Source of the DNA: an uncultured delta proteobacterium
Lineage (GTDB): Bacteria > Bdellovibrionota > FAC87 > UBA2466
Reading direction: 5' to 3'
Assembly: GCA_963778115.1 (NCBI GenBank)
Contig: CAVZSV010000004.1
Coordinates: 2,880,001 to 2,944,000, forward strand
Length of the DNA stretch: 64,000 nucleotides
Part shown: one piece after another, positions 20,716 through 30,550 of the stretch
Position numbering within the stretch: the stretch's first letter is position 1
Layout of the letters: each line of letters begins with the position of its first letter
The notes under the pieces: generated by a model
Seen by the model: only the letters and a program-made list of their open reading frames with translations
Database searches by the model: none
What the model was told of the DNA's origin: nothing
Position numbers and translations under genes: made by a program

Positions 20716-20742
20716 GTCTATTAGCAGAGCTGCTATACTGCT

Positions 20743-22071
20743 TTGATGAAGGGTTTTGGATTTTGGACGGGTTGGTTTGTCGTCGTAGCGAGCATGGTCG
20801 GCTCGGGTATTCTTACCAACTCCGGCCCTATTCTTGCTGAGAGCGGTAGCTACTTTGGCCTGATGATAACGTGGTTAGTGGGAGGGTTAATTGCCTTATG
20901 CGGGGCCTTCACTCTGGCGGAGTTAGCGAGCGGTCTCCCCGGAAGAGGCGGGGATTACGCTTACGTCAGAGAAGCACTCGGACCTGCGTGGGGATTTGTT
21001 TATGGCTGGTCGATGGTGGTTGTCGGATTTGCGGCGCCCATCGCGTTAGTCGCTTACGCGACAGCCAACTATTTTTCTCCACTGCTTTTGCATGCCTTCG
21101 GTAAGTACCTAAGTCTCTCACACGAAAGAGAGATCGTTCTCATTTTAGCAACTCTGTTGATTTTGAAGTTCACGCTATCGCATTCTTTGGGGCACCAAAG
21201 CAGCGCGAAAGTTCAAGCTGGGATAACGATCTTTAATGTATCGGTTCTCATCGTGGCGAGCGTGCTTTGTATAGTGAGTCCTCAGAGTTCTTTTGCCCAT
21301 TTCGGACAGGCTCGGCCACTTTCGGAAACTGGAATCACCCACTGGGGAAGCCATATCATCCTTGTTCTGTACGCGTACACGGGTTGGAATGCATCTGCTT
21401 ATCTGAGCGGTGAAATGAGAAACCCTGCTCGCAACTTGCCGCGCACGCTTATTTGGGGATGCCTGGGAGTTACGGGACTCTATCTTTTGGTTAATCTCGC
21501 CTACAGTGTTACGCTCTCTGCTCAAACCATTTCCACCCTTACTGCCGCCGATCAGGAAAGGCTGGCCGAGGTCTCGATACACTTTGCCGTAGGACCCCTA
21601 TTTGCCAAAATCTTCTCTGCTCTCATTAGTATGGGGTTACTCGCATCGCTGAGTGCCTTTATTATGACGGGACCACGCATCGTCCATGCCATGGCTCATG
21701 ACGGACTTTTTCCTAAATTTGCAGGTAACCTTAGAGGTCATGTTCCGCTGTTTGCCATAGTGTTCCAAGGACTTTTGTCCCTTATCTTTTTGTGGTCGGG
21801 GACTTTCGAACACGTCCTCGAGTTTGCGGGGTACGGGTTGGCGGTAATCGGGTTATTAACGGTATTTCCTATTTTTGTCTTAAGAAAACGAACTAACTTC
21901 AAACCTGCGTTTCGAACACCTTTTTATCCTCTTCCGCCGATCGTCTTTCTTACTGTCAGCATGGCCTCACTGATTCTGACTTTCTTGGACAAACCGCTCT
22001 CTTCGTTGGGGTCACTTGCCACTATCTTGATGGCGCTTCCCCTTTACCTTCTGGCCAGACGTTTCCTCTAA
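20743..22071 (+). CDS. APC family amino acid permease
   Basis: MVGSGI, AELAS..P..GGDY.Y, YAYTGWN, GEMRNP, PRI..AMA.DG. Confidence 0.92.
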   Translation: MMKGFGFWTGWFVVVASMVGSGILTNSGPILAESGSYFGLMITWLVGGLIALCGAFTLAELASGLPGRGGDYAYVREALGPAWGFVYGWSMVVVGFAAPIALVAYATANYFSPLLLHAFGKYLSLSHEREIVLILATLLILKFTLSHSLGHQSSAKVQAGITIFNVSVLIVASVLCIVSPQSSFAHFGQARPLSETGITHWGSHIILVLYAYTGWNASAYLSGEMRNPARNLPRTLIWGCLGVTGLYLLVNLAYSVTLSAQTISTLTAADQERLAEVSIHFAVGPLFAKIFSALISMGLLASLSAFIMTGPRIVHAMAHDGLFPKFAGNLRGHVPLFAIVFQGLLSLIFLWSGTFEHVLEFAGYGLAVIGLLTVFPIFVLRKRTNFKPAFRTPFYPLPPIVFLTVSMASLILTFLDKPLSSLGSLATILMALPLYLLARRFL

Positions 22072-22084
22072 CTTTCTATTCCCG

Positions 22085-23416
22085 CTAACGTCCATCAGCA
22101 CGCACGCACCGGAAGACGATAACTTTATCTGAAGTTGTTTCGACGGTTTGCTGAAATGAGGAAGTTTGGGCTGTGAAGGTTGTCTTTTTCGTCGCCAGAT
22201 TGGCGTGGGCGTTGAAATCAGAATCGGGTAAGGGCAGTGAAGCCGCCGAAGCAAGACCGCTCAACGTCGAAAAATCGTATTCATAAAGGTTATAAGAAAC
22301 TCCCGGAGTAAGTCCGCTTATCGTAGCCTGAAGACTGACACCCATCCAAGTCGGAGGAACATTCGTGCAAATGCTGTTAATTTCATCCCCGATAGCGGGA
22401 GACTCGAAATTGAAACCGATCCCTGTCTGGGGGGGATTTGCTACCCCATCGAGACTAGAGCCTACGATCGTTACCGCCACGGGGAGGGTTTCGTGACCTG
22501 GATCAATAGGGCCCGTGACGGCAAAGGCATAGTTAGAGGGGGTAATCGGCTTAGGATTGACATGGATACCGTCCCCACCGGTGCCTGAATAGACAGGCGC
22601 TCCGCCCGGGATCAGGATGGAATAGACGTTGGCGGTGAGAGCGTTGGCCGAAATTCTGGTTTGAGCGAGCGATCCAAAGGTATACCCGTCGTCGAATGCG
22701 GTTCCCCCCTCGCCATGATCTTCAAAATACAGAACGTCATCGTCAAAGTAAGTGGAGTCGGTAGGGGAATGATTGGTACCTATCTTAGCTACGGTAACCT
22801 CGTGGTCGTATTGGGGGTCATCTCCGCCACGATTGAGGACACCAATGGCTACCGTGTCGCCCGCAATAAGACGTTCTTTTACCCATGACATGAATTGTTG
22901 GTATCCGGCGATACCACTGGGCTGGGATCGGTAGTTGAAACCTTGAGAGATTAGATGGGCATTTTTGAGGCAAGTACCGCTACTGGCAAACGGCTCGTCG
23001 CCCACATTGGGATCCTCAAATAGAAATTGTGCGTTGTAATTGGCGGTGAGATCGTTTGCCGCGCAAAATCCATCCGGCCCCGATTGCGAAAGCTCAGTTC
23101 CGCAAATAAGCCGGGCGTTGAATTGAGACATCCAAAGCCCGGCGAACATGCCGGCTTCGATGGAGCTTACTTCGCCGCAGTATCCATTATTCGCCATCCA
23201 TTGCATGTAGGGACTGATGGGATTTCTTGAAACGATGTAACTTTGGGAGCTCGTCCGACTTCGGTTGCTTCGGTCTCTGAGGGTAAAATCTACATGTTTT
23301 CCGGGCGCTTTGGGAAGCGGGTTGACGATACTTTCTGCAAAGACGTTTGTTAGCGTTAAGACCCCCAACACTGGGCCCAAAAAAGATAGAAGTTTCACCC
23401 ATCCCCCCTTGCCCAT
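22085..23416 (-). CDS. Secreted protein, possible C39-like cysteine peptidase
   Basis: Signal peptide; QW..NNGYCGE ... YDHEV ... FEDH. Confidence 0.5.
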   Translation of the reverse strand: MGKGGWVKLLSFLGPVLGVLTLTNVFAESIVNPLPKAPGKHVDFTLRDRSNRSRTSSQSYIVSRNPISPYMQWMANNGYCGEVSSIEAGMFAGLWMSQFNARLICGTELSQSGPDGFCAANDLTANYNAQFLFEDPNVGDEPFASSGTCLKNAHLISQGFNYRSQPSGIAGYQQFMSWVKERLIAGDTVAIGVLNRGGDDPQYDHEVTVAKIGTNHSPTDSTYFDDDVLYFEDHGEGGTAFDDGYTFGSLAQTRISANALTANVYSILIPGGAPVYSGTGGDGIHVNPKPITPSNYAFAVTGPIDPGHETLPVAVTIVGSSLDGVANPPQTGIGFNFESPAIGDEINSICTNVPPTWMGVSLQATISGLTPGVSYNLYEYDFSTLSGLASAASLPLPDSDFNAHANLATKKTTFTAQTSSFQQTVETTSDKVIVFRCVRADGR

Positions 23417-23510
23417 TAAGGTAATACTTCGAAGACGCCAGCACTATCGATAAAACAAAATCTCTTATCGTTCGTCTTAGGGATGGGAAGGCAAGCGCTA
23501 GGCTCTTTAT

Positions 23511-24623
23511 CTATTCTATAAATTCGAATTTCAGCTGATCCAGATTTTCCTCAGGTTTGGCTGAGGCCAAGCGCACGCCAATTCCGATAAGGCGCACCGC
23601 TTCCTTACGACGGTTCCATGCGGTGGTAAGAAGAGTTTCGAATGCTTTGGGAGTCGGCCAGCCGGAAGTGGTGGTTTCGTGAGTCGTTGTCTTAAAGTCG
23701 TGAAATTTTAGCTTTACCACGATGCCCCTGATGCGATCAGCATAGTTACCCTTTCGCATACTGGTCTGCCAAGATTGGAATAGCACCGGGAGATAGCGCA
23801 AGCAGTCTTCTAACTTTTCCAAATCTTGATCAAAGGTCTCTTCGACGGTGAGCGACTTACGTTGCGAATGGGACTCCACGGCTCTAGGATCGATTCCGTA
23901 GGACATCTCCCAGAGGTCCTTACCTCGTGAACCAAACCAGCGGGTTAGCTGTTCTAGCGACTGTTTTTGGATGTCTGCGCATTCATAGAGACCTAAGCTG
24001 TGCATCTTTTCGGCTGTTACCTTTCCCACGCCATAAATTTTTTCGATTTTAAGAGAGGGCATAAAGGCTGCAATGTCCTCAGGCCGAATCACGAATTGGC
24101 CATTTGGTTTTTTCCAGTCGCTTGCGATTTTGGCTAAGAATTTATTGGGAGCAATTCCCGCCGAAGCGGTTAAGCCCGTCTCTTTGAGAATGATCGATCG
24201 GATTTCACTGGCAATGCGGGTGGCACTCCCTGAGTGATGCAGAGAGCCTGTGACATCTAAGTAAGCCTCATCCAGGGAGAGAGGTTCGACTTTCTCGGTA
24301 AACCGAGCAAAGATTTCGCGTACGGCAAGGCTCTCTTTCCGGTACCGTTCGAAATGGGGGGGAACAATAATAAGATGAGGGCACAACCTAACGGCCTGGC
24401 TCGATGGCATCGCCGAACGAACTCCGAACTTTCGTGCCTCATAGCTCGCCGTGGTTAACACACTTCGGCTATTGGCAGGTCCCCCGACCGCGATGGGCTT
24501 ACCGCGCAACTTCGGTTCGTGCTTTATCTCGACAGCGGCGTAGAAACAGTCCATGTCGATATGAATAATCTTACGGATAGGCCTAACTGCCGTTTCCGCC
24601 GAGATGGAGGGCTTGGTATCCAA
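23511..24623 (-). CDS. dinB: DNA polymerase IV
   Basis: HIDMDCFYAAVE, SYEARKFGV, SLDEAYLD, NKFLAKIASD. Confidence 0.96.
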   Translation of the reverse strand: MDTKPSISAETAVRPIRKIIHIDMDCFYAAVEIKHEPKLRGKPIAVGGPANSRSVLTTASYEARKFGVRSAMPSSQAVRLCPHLIIVPPHFERYRKESLAVREIFARFTEKVEPLSLDEAYLDVTGSLHHSGSATRIASEIRSIILKETGLTASAGIAPNKFLAKIASDWKKPNGQFVIRPEDIAAFMPSLKIEKIYGVGKVTAEKMHSLGLYECADIQKQSLEQLTRWFGSRGKDLWEMSYGIDPRAVESHSQRKSLTVEETFDQDLEKLEDCLRYLPVLFQSWQTSMRKGNYADRIRGIVVKLKFHDFKTTTHETTTSGWPTPKAFETLLTTAWNRRKEAVRLIGIGVRLASAKPEENLDQLKFEFIE

Positions 24624-24755
24624 CGTAAGGGAAAGGTATCAATCAAACTTTTCGCCGTAAAGCTGGTCATAAACGGAGTCAAAAAAACAACTCTTTCGAA
24701 GGCGAGTGACGGATGCAGAGTTTGTGCTATAGCAGAGGAGTCACGGAGGTCTTTC

Positions 24756-25811
24756 ATGCCTTTCGCGTTCTTTTTTCTCTTTGCTTTTCTGGGCGGTTGT
24801 AGTTCCGTTGCTCCCACCCATTTCGAAATTAATACCGCTCCTTTAGCCAGTGAGGCGAAGATTTTTCTAGTCGCAGGTTCTCACGACAACGCCAATTTTG
24901 CGCAAGAGATAATCGATCAGAAAAATATATGGCTTTCTCTTGGTTATAAGGAATCGGAGATAGTCTGCTATTATGCTCCCCCCGTCAGTGAGTCGATAGC
25001 GGAGGACAAAGAACAATTTGAAAAGTTAGCCCCTGAGTTAAAGCGCTGCTATCCCGCAAGTCCCATTGTCTTGAGGAAACATTTTCGTTCGGTGGCGAGT
25101 CAGCACCCTAAATTTATCTATCTATTTGTCACTTCTCACGGTCAATCCCCACACAATCCGGAGTACCTAAAAGCAATCGGCGTGAGCGACGACGATATCG
25201 CGCTTGCTAACCTTTACCGAGATGTCAAAGACGCTCAGGTAAAACCCGATTTTCTTGAAGCAAAACATGAATGGGAGAACCGGATGAAGCAATATCCGGG
25301 AGTGAATTCGTACATTCTTTTCACGGAGACTTCCCCTTCGGGGCGACCCACCTACCTTTTTCAAATGGCGGGTGCGATTCTTCATAAGAAGGTGCCCATC
25401 GACGATATTTTGCTAACCCCTAGCTCGTTAGCTGACCTGATGAATATTTTTCCCAAGAATACCTCGAAGTATGTAGTGCTTCAGGGATGCTTTTCTGGAG
25501 GGTTTATCGACCCTGCAGAGGGGGAGCGCGGATTGCGCGATCTTTCTTCGGTCACCGTACTCACCGCCTCAGATGCCAATCGGGTGAGTTTCGGCTGCAA
25601 TCCTAAACTTCAGGCCACGTTTTTCGGAAGGGAGCTTAATCTGAAGCTGAAGGAACAGGGAAAGGCTATCAACCAAATGGATTGGGCAAAGCTGTTCTCC
25701 GAGGTGAGGTATTCCGTGATAAAAAATGAGGAAGCTCTGTCTCTGCCCCCTTCACTGCCGCAGTTTTTTACGAACCGTTCCTCTCAGAAGGGCTCTCTAT
25801 TGACGAAATAG
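24756..25811 (+). CDS. Lipoprotein, peptidase C13 (legumain/caspase fold)
   Basis: GGAGG RBS, lipobox LGGC, FVTSHG and QGCFSGGF catalytic motifs, TAS...SFGC. Confidence 0.8.
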   Translation: MPFAFFFLFAFLGGCSSVAPTHFEINTAPLASEAKIFLVAGSHDNANFAQEIIDQKNIWLSLGYKESEIVCYYAPPVSESIAEDKEQFEKLAPELKRCYPASPIVLRKHFRSVASQHPKFIYLFVTSHGQSPHNPEYLKAIGVSDDDIALANLYRDVKDAQVKPDFLEAKHEWENRMKQYPGVNSYILFTETSPSGRPTYLFQMAGAILHKKVPIDDILLTPSSLADLMNIFPKNTSKYVVLQGCFSGGFIDPAEGERGLRDLSSVTVLTASDANRVSFGCNPKLQATFFGRELNLKLKEQGKAINQMDWAKLFSEVRYSVIKNEEALSLPPSLPQFFTNRSSQKGSLLTK

Positions 25812-25829
25812 GAGGTAGCAGAGAGGCAG

Positions 25830-25982
25830 ATGAACCAGCTCGCGAGTGATGGACAAGAGGCGATGGACTATTTGTTTTATTGGACTTGAATCTCCCCAAA
25901 AAGGATGGACGCGAGGCTCTTAGGGAATTTAAACAGAACGAAAAGGTCAGACGAATTCCCGTTTTGGTTCTGACTACCTCCA
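25830..25982 (+). pseudogene. Remnant of an Rcp1-like single-domain response regulator
   Basis: DGQEAMDYL in one frame, then [35 protein letters not shown] in another; both ends missing. Confidence 0.75.
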
Positions 25983-25987
25983 CGTTC

Positions 25988-27400
25988 CTAGCTACAATGA
26001 TTCTCTTTCCTCATTAAATCCAGGAATAAATTTCCGATGTAATCTCTCTTCCCCATTTTTGATTTAACATCTTCGCAAGGGGAGCGCATTTCTCTAAAGA
26101 TTCTCATACGGCGGGCGAGCGATTCACTTCGTCCATCTGGTCTCTGTTCATCTAATAGATTCTTAGTCTCTCTCAGCATGAGAGTATTATGAACGACTAG
26201 AAAACATAGGATCAGTGCAGCGATCTTTAAGCACTTCGGACGGACTTTCATCCATTCTCTCATCAAAGCCGATATGCCAACGAAAGCGACAGCAAGGGTG
26301 GGTAGGGGATAATAGATCCGTCTGAAAATGGGCAACATTTGTACTGCCAATCGTGAGGTTAAGACTTCTTGAACGAAAATAGCGGTAAATACCCCATAGA
26401 GAAATAGAAAGGGAAGGTGAGAAACGAAAATACTGGAACGTTGACGGGTTGAGAATTGGTTCCTCCTTAGAAAGACCGTTAGGAACAGAAGAAATAGTAC
26501 CAATAGCATGCTCAAAGGCGTGCTTAGGCTTCCCAGGAAAAACCGGAGTTGGTCGAACACAAGTCCAAGGCAGGGCAAGATCTTCGGAAGGAGGGTTGAA
26601 AGCAAAGTCTTGCTCTCCAACTTACTGGTCTCAAAGCCTGCAACATACCCGTTTAACGTTTCAATGAGCCAGGGTCCCACGTAAAGGTAATAGATCGTAT
26701 ACGACACAAATGCCAGAGATGAAACGAGCGAAAACCGGGAGAAGTCTTCCTTATGGTCGGCGTCGAGGTATTTTGAGAGCGTACAGTACGCAACGATCCC
26801 CAATACAAAAAAGGCGCCTTGCGGATCATAGAGTTCCGCCGCAAATAAAGTTAGGAAAAGCGCTCCTGAAAGCCAAAGGGTTTTGCGATTCCTTTGTAGA
26901 GGGGAACTTCGGTCCATCAACAGAAGGGAAAGAAAGATAAAAAAAGAACATCCTATTTTGGCGGAGTGATGAAAGTATCCGTGCCAAAAAAAAGCGGGAG
27001 AAGTCAACAGTAGCGCTATGAGCAAGAAAGACAAGAGGGGATCCATTTGCCAACGTCTGACGAAACAATTCCATGAAATAAAGATGATTAAGATCTCAAA
27101 AAAATATTTCGATAGCGACAGCCAGAGCGACATTTTGTGCTCCGCCAAAAAAAATAGAGTATGGACATCCAAGGAATCGGTTACATAGGAAAGTTCTCGT
27201 GCTTGGAAGTTGTCACTGGAGTGCCCGCCTTCGGTTCCCTCGATGTTGTAGATGCTTTTTATAAAGGGTCGGGTAAGAAGAAAGTTACGTATCGTAACGC
27301 GGTGCTCGATGTGGTCCGCTCCATCATTTCTCTGAAGGTAAGCAGAGACTAGTGGAATCATTAAAAGAAATATTAGGTAAACGTTGGAATACTTTTTCAT
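25988..27400 (-). CDS. Polytopic membrane protein (possibly GT-C-like)
   Basis: 470 aa with roughly ten hydrophobic segments. Confidence 0.65.
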   Translation of the reverse strand: MKKYSNVYLIFLLMIPLVSAYLQRNDGADHIEHRVTIRNFLLTRPFIKSIYNIEGTEGGHSSDNFQARELSYVTDSLDVHTLFFLAEHKMSLWLSLSKYFFEILIIFISWNCFVRRWQMDPLLSFLLIALLLTSPAFFWHGYFHHSAKIGCSFFIFLSLLLMDRSSPLQRNRKTLWLSGALFLTLFAAELYDPQGAFFVLGIVAYCTLSKYLDADHKEDFSRFSLVSSLAFVSYTIYYLYVGPWLIETLNGYVAGFETSKLESKTLLSTLLPKILPCLGLVFDQLRFFLGSLSTPLSMLLVLFLLFLTVFLRRNQFSTRQRSSIFVSHLPFLFLYGVFTAIFVQEVLTSRLAVQMLPIFRRIYYPLPTLAVAFVGISALMREWMKVRPKCLKIAALILCFLVVHNTLMLRETKNLLDEQRPDGRSESLARRMRIFREMRSPCEDVKSKMGKRDYIGNLFLDLMRKENHCS

Positions 27401-27494
27401 GTATCGCAGTAAGTATACCTGAGGTCACCATTTATTAAATAGGTAGCGAAAAGTAACGAATACATTCTGGTAGCTACCGTGCTATGACGAACCT

Positions 27495-27767
27495 ATGTTG
27501 GAGATTGACGTTGTCATTAACGGGAAGCTTATTCAGCCCGACAGTCAAGACGAACTCGAACGCATCGTTCGAGATACTGTCAGCAAGAGAATAATCCAAA
27601 TCCTAGGTCCCATTCGTTGTCCGGAACATCACGGTTATCCGCACATCGTTGCCAAAGGAAGATCCATAAATAAAATGGATCTCGATGTGAAAGGATGCTG
27701 CGGAAGCTTGGTACAGTCAGTAGAAGAAAAACTCGGTGCCCGTCGACTTTCAGGACCTGTCGTTTGA
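27495..27767 (+). CDS. Small protein with CPEH...GCC (putative metal-binding)
   Basis: 90-aa ORF with RCPEHH and KGCC motifs. Confidence 0.65.
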   Translation: MLEIDVVINGKLIQPDSQDELERIVRDTVSKRIIQILGPIRCPEHHGYPHIVAKGRSINKMDLDVKGCCGSLVQSVEEKLGARRLSGPVV

Positions 27768-27807
27768 GATCCAAATCCTCACTAGGTCCTGAAAGTCGAC
27801 GGGCACC
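27735..27807. repeat. Perfect 24-bp inverted repeat with a 25-nt spacer
   Basis: GGTGCCCGTCGACTTTCAGGACCT (27735-27758) / AGGTCCTGAAAGTCGACGGGCACC (27784-27807). Confidence 0.95.
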
Positions 27808-27926
27808 TCTTTCCCCTCTTTCCGTCTCGAGGATTGAAAAATGGTCTCACGGGTTCAGCTTTCGGTCCTTGGTACGGTCAAGGAAAGCTAGATATTCTGG
27901 CCAGAGATTTGCTTTCTTTCGTATCC

Positions 27927-28400
27927 ATGAAAAATATCGATCGAAATACGGAATCAAATTTAAACACGCGTCCGTTTGAATTTCAGAATTGGCCTGTATA
28001 TCAGCATGCGGTGGAGTTCGGGATCTCCGCGCACGAACTCTGTGGAGAATTCCCGAAAGAAGGAGCGAGATCGATTTCAGACCAGTTGAGAAGGGCTAGT
28101 CAGTCCATTTCCTTTAATATCGCGGAAGGAAGTTCAAGATTCGGGGCTAAGGAGAAAGCGAATTTCCTGAGGATCGCGAGGGGATCTGTCTTTGAGTGCG
28201 TTGCGATACTGGATTTGTTGCGAGGATTTAAGTGGGTTGATCGGGAAAGGGTTGAGAAGTTGCAAGGGGAGCTGGGGTTAATGGGGCGGATGCTTTCGGG
28301 GTTTATTAATCATATTGAAGGTAGGAACCGAAGAGAAGAGCCAAGAGCAGGCATTGATCGACCGGCTACGCCGGCTTCCGGATCAAGGATAAATCCTTAA
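27927..28400 (+). CDS. Four-helix bundle protein (23S rRNA IVP/Avd-like family)
   Basis: F....VYQ.A, FPKE...DQLRRASQSISFNIAEG, FLRIARGSVFEC. Confidence 0.9.
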   Translation: MKNIDRNTESNLNTRPFEFQNWPVYQHAVEFGISAHELCGEFPKEGARSISDQLRRASQSISFNIAEGSSRFGAKEKANFLRIARGSVFECVAILDLLRGFKWVDRERVEKLQGELGLMGRMLSGFINHIEGRNRREEPRAGIDRPATPASGSRINP

Positions 28401-28419
28401 GGATTTATAGTTAACGTCA

Positions 28420-28443
28420 TTTTTTTCGCCTCGGGCGAAAAAA

Positions 28444-28444
<1 letters not shown>
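28420..28444. terminator. Bidirectional terminator next to the duplicated tRNA 3' end
   Basis: TTTTTTTCGCC-TCG-GGCGAAAAAAA. Confidence 0.8.
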
Positions 28445-28488
<44 letters not shown>

Positions 28489-28627
28489 GGAAGGTCGTGT
28501 TTTTGAGGCCCATTGTAAAACGCTAGAATCAAAGGTTAACTCAAAGCAATAACTGGGAGTTAGGTCTCTTAGCCGGTCCAGCAAATTTCGGTTCTTTCCC
28601 ACAAAGTTCGGTCTGTTTCTATTCCTT

Positions 28628-28647
28628 GTGCTACATCGGTGCTACAT
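28628..28647 (+). repeat. Tandem GTGCTACAT repeat (11-bp period), putative integrase arm-type sites
   Basis: GTGCTACAT-CG-GTGCTACAT; same unit and period at 30551-30570. Confidence 0.65.
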
Positions 28648-28666
28648 CGCAGGCTCAAATCTCCTC

Positions 28667-28698
28667 TTGCAATAGTACACCTATTTGGTGTACTATTG
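28667..28698 (+). promoter_or_regulatory. sigma70 promoter overlapped by a 12-bp inverted-repeat operator
   Basis: TTGCAA-N18-TACTAT; CAATAGTACACC-tattt-GGTGTACTATTG. Confidence 0.75.
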
Positions 28699-28703
28699 TC
28701 CTC

Positions 28704-28982
28704 GTGATATTCAGCGTTGAACTTACAGAACGAGCTAAGAAAGAGCTACGGAAGTTGCCTCAGTTCATCGTTCTGAAGCTCCAAGACTGGATCGAAGATG
28801 TCGAGGAACGTGGATTGGAAGAGGTTCGGAAAATTTCTGGATATCACGATGAACCCTGTAAAGGGGAAATGCGGGGCTTTCGATCGATCCGTTTGAGTCG
28901 GGCTTATAGAGCCTACTATACGATTCAGAAGTCCAAGGTCGAATTTGTGAGAATTGAAAGGGTAGATAAACATGAATACTAA
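28704..28982 (+). CDS. RelE/HigB-family mRNA interferase toxin
   Basis: ~92 aa; VELTERAKKEL...GYHDEPCKGEMRGFRSIRLSRAYRAYY...HEY. Confidence 0.85.
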   Translation: MIFSVELTERAKKELRKLPQFIVLKLQDWIEDVEERGLEEVRKISGYHDEPCKGEMRGFRSIRLSRAYRAYYTIQKSKVEFVRIERVDKHEY

Positions 28983-29292
28983 GCCGAAAAAAAAGAGCGA
29001 TTCGATTCGATTTTTGGAAGGGATTACGGGTGGTCCCATTACCTTTGGTAAGCTTTTGGAGGCTATTCGTTTTGGAGAGGAAATGACTCAGCCGGGATTT
29101 GCCAAACTCCTGGGTTTATCTAAATCGCACCTGAATGATATTGAAAAAGGGCGAAAGGCTGTGAGTCCTGAGCGTGCGGCCAGGTTTGCGAAGGTGCTTG
29201 GGTATTCGGAGGAGAGGTTCGTGGCGCTTTCGCTTCAGGCGCAGATTGATAGTGCGGGTCTTAAGCTAAAGGTCGATGTGAAAGCTGCTTGA
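28972..29292 (+). CDS. Xre-HTH antitoxin (HigA-like)
   Basis: MTQPGFAKLLGLSKSHLNDIEKGRK helix-turn-helix; overlaps the toxin gene. Confidence 0.85.
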   Translation: MNTKPKKKSDSIRFLEGITGGPITFGKLLEAIRFGEEMTQPGFAKLLGLSKSHLNDIEKGRKAVSPERAARFAKVLGYSEERFVALSLQAQIDSAGLKLKVDVKAA

Positions 29293-29318
29293 AGGCTTCC
29301 GAGCAAAAGTGTCCAGTC

Positions 29319-30455
29319 CTAAAGGCTTTTGGGATGACGCGCGACCGGAGTACCCAATCTGTACCAGCTGTCTTCCAGCTCTTTGGTGTATGCTTTGCGT
29401 GAGAGGGGCGCGCCTTCGGTGTAAATTGAGACACTGCCATTTCTTAAGTCTAGCTCCACATCCACATTGCCTTCATTCCTCTGTAGAGTGTTCACATACT
29501 TGAAGTTAGCGGCGGGAATTTCCGCGGCAAGCAACCGATTTCTGATGTTCCAAACTAAATCGTCTGATAATCCCTTCCATCCGCCGACCATGCCGACTTC
29601 CAAATCGGTGAGAGCGATACCTCGCACTTCAAACTCCGTGAGCATGCGATCGAAATCGAATGCCACTTCTGCAGCGGACTTGGCGTGCATGTGAACTAAG
29701 AGCCCCGATTTTGTTTTTGCATCCCACAGCGTCACCACGACGCAGGGACCGGCCCCGGAAGTTTGTGCTCGTATGTTTTTCGCCGCGGTGGTGAAGATGT
29801 ATCCATTCTGTGGCACTTTAGGGGCGGACTTATCGTCCTCGCTAACTCCGATGGTTTTTGAGTCCTCAGGGGAAGGAAGACTCGAGTTGTCGTCGAGCAA
29901 TTTCCACTCATTCATCACGCCGGTTTGAACCGCGGTGGGCAATCCTTCTAAGAGTTCTAGCTCCACATGTGTTCGCATGTTTGTTTCGGGCTCTCTCAAG
30001 GTAAGCATCATCTTTGCCACTCGTTTCGGATCATTCTCGGCGATAGGAAGAAGCCACTGGTTTTTCCATTCAGGGTTAGGACTTTCGAGTAAGAGCCAAG
30101 CAAGTTTGGAATTTGAAAGAGCTTTGATGGTCCTAATTTGATCTTTAGGCGACACTCTCTGTAGTATTTCCACTAACGGAGGATTGGCGATTCCGTTCAT
30201 CTCAATGTCCGAGAGGTGTCCGTCATGATCGAGATCAATAACAGCTAAAGTGGCTCGCGTAGCCGCTGTCGGAAGATTCTTTAGTGCAGGAATAATCGTT
30301 ATGGCTGCTCCCACCAACGCGCTCGCGCAGTAGCTAATGATGGCCCCCCGACTTCGCCATACTGGAACTGGAGAAGTCTTCGCCGCCCAACTCGGGGGAA
30401 GGGCGAAGATGAATGTTAGCAATACCAATAATTTAGTAGGACCGGCAACTTTCAT
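29319..30455 (-). CDS. Secreted protein with an EF-hand-like loop and a C-terminal CheD/CNF1-like deamidase domain
   Basis: Signal peptide; DLDHDGHLSDIE; TSGAGPCVVVTLWD...GLLVH and MVGG. Confidence 0.7.
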   Translation of the reverse strand: MKVAGPTKLLVLLTFIFALPPSWAAKTSPVPVWRSRGAIISYCASALVGAAITIIPALKNLPTAATRATLAVIDLDHDGHLSDIEMNGIANPPLVEILQRVSPKDQIRTIKALSNSKLAWLLLESPNPEWKNQWLLPIAENDPKRVAKMMLTLREPETNMRTHVELELLEGLPTAVQTGVMNEWKLLDDNSSLPSPEDSKTIGVSEDDKSAPKVPQNGYIFTTAAKNIRAQTSGAGPCVVVTLWDAKTKSGLLVHMHAKSAAEVAFDFDRMLTEFEVRGIALTDLEVGMVGGWKGLSDDLVWNIRNRLLAAEIPAANFKYVNTLQRNEGNVDVELDLRNGSVSIYTEGAPLSRKAYTKELEDSWYRLGTPVARHPKSL

Positions 30456-30550
30456 AAAAGTTGTGCAACCTACCATAAATCAAGAGGTGAATCCAATTCT
30501 AAGAAAATCTCAAATTTGGTTTGGTCTGGTTCGGTTCTCTTCCATTTCGC

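Noticed and set aside
27927..28400. Avd of a diversity-generating retroelement, or a 23S rRNA intervening sequence
   Set aside because: No reverse transcriptase, TR/VR pair or rRNA gene was seen in the window.
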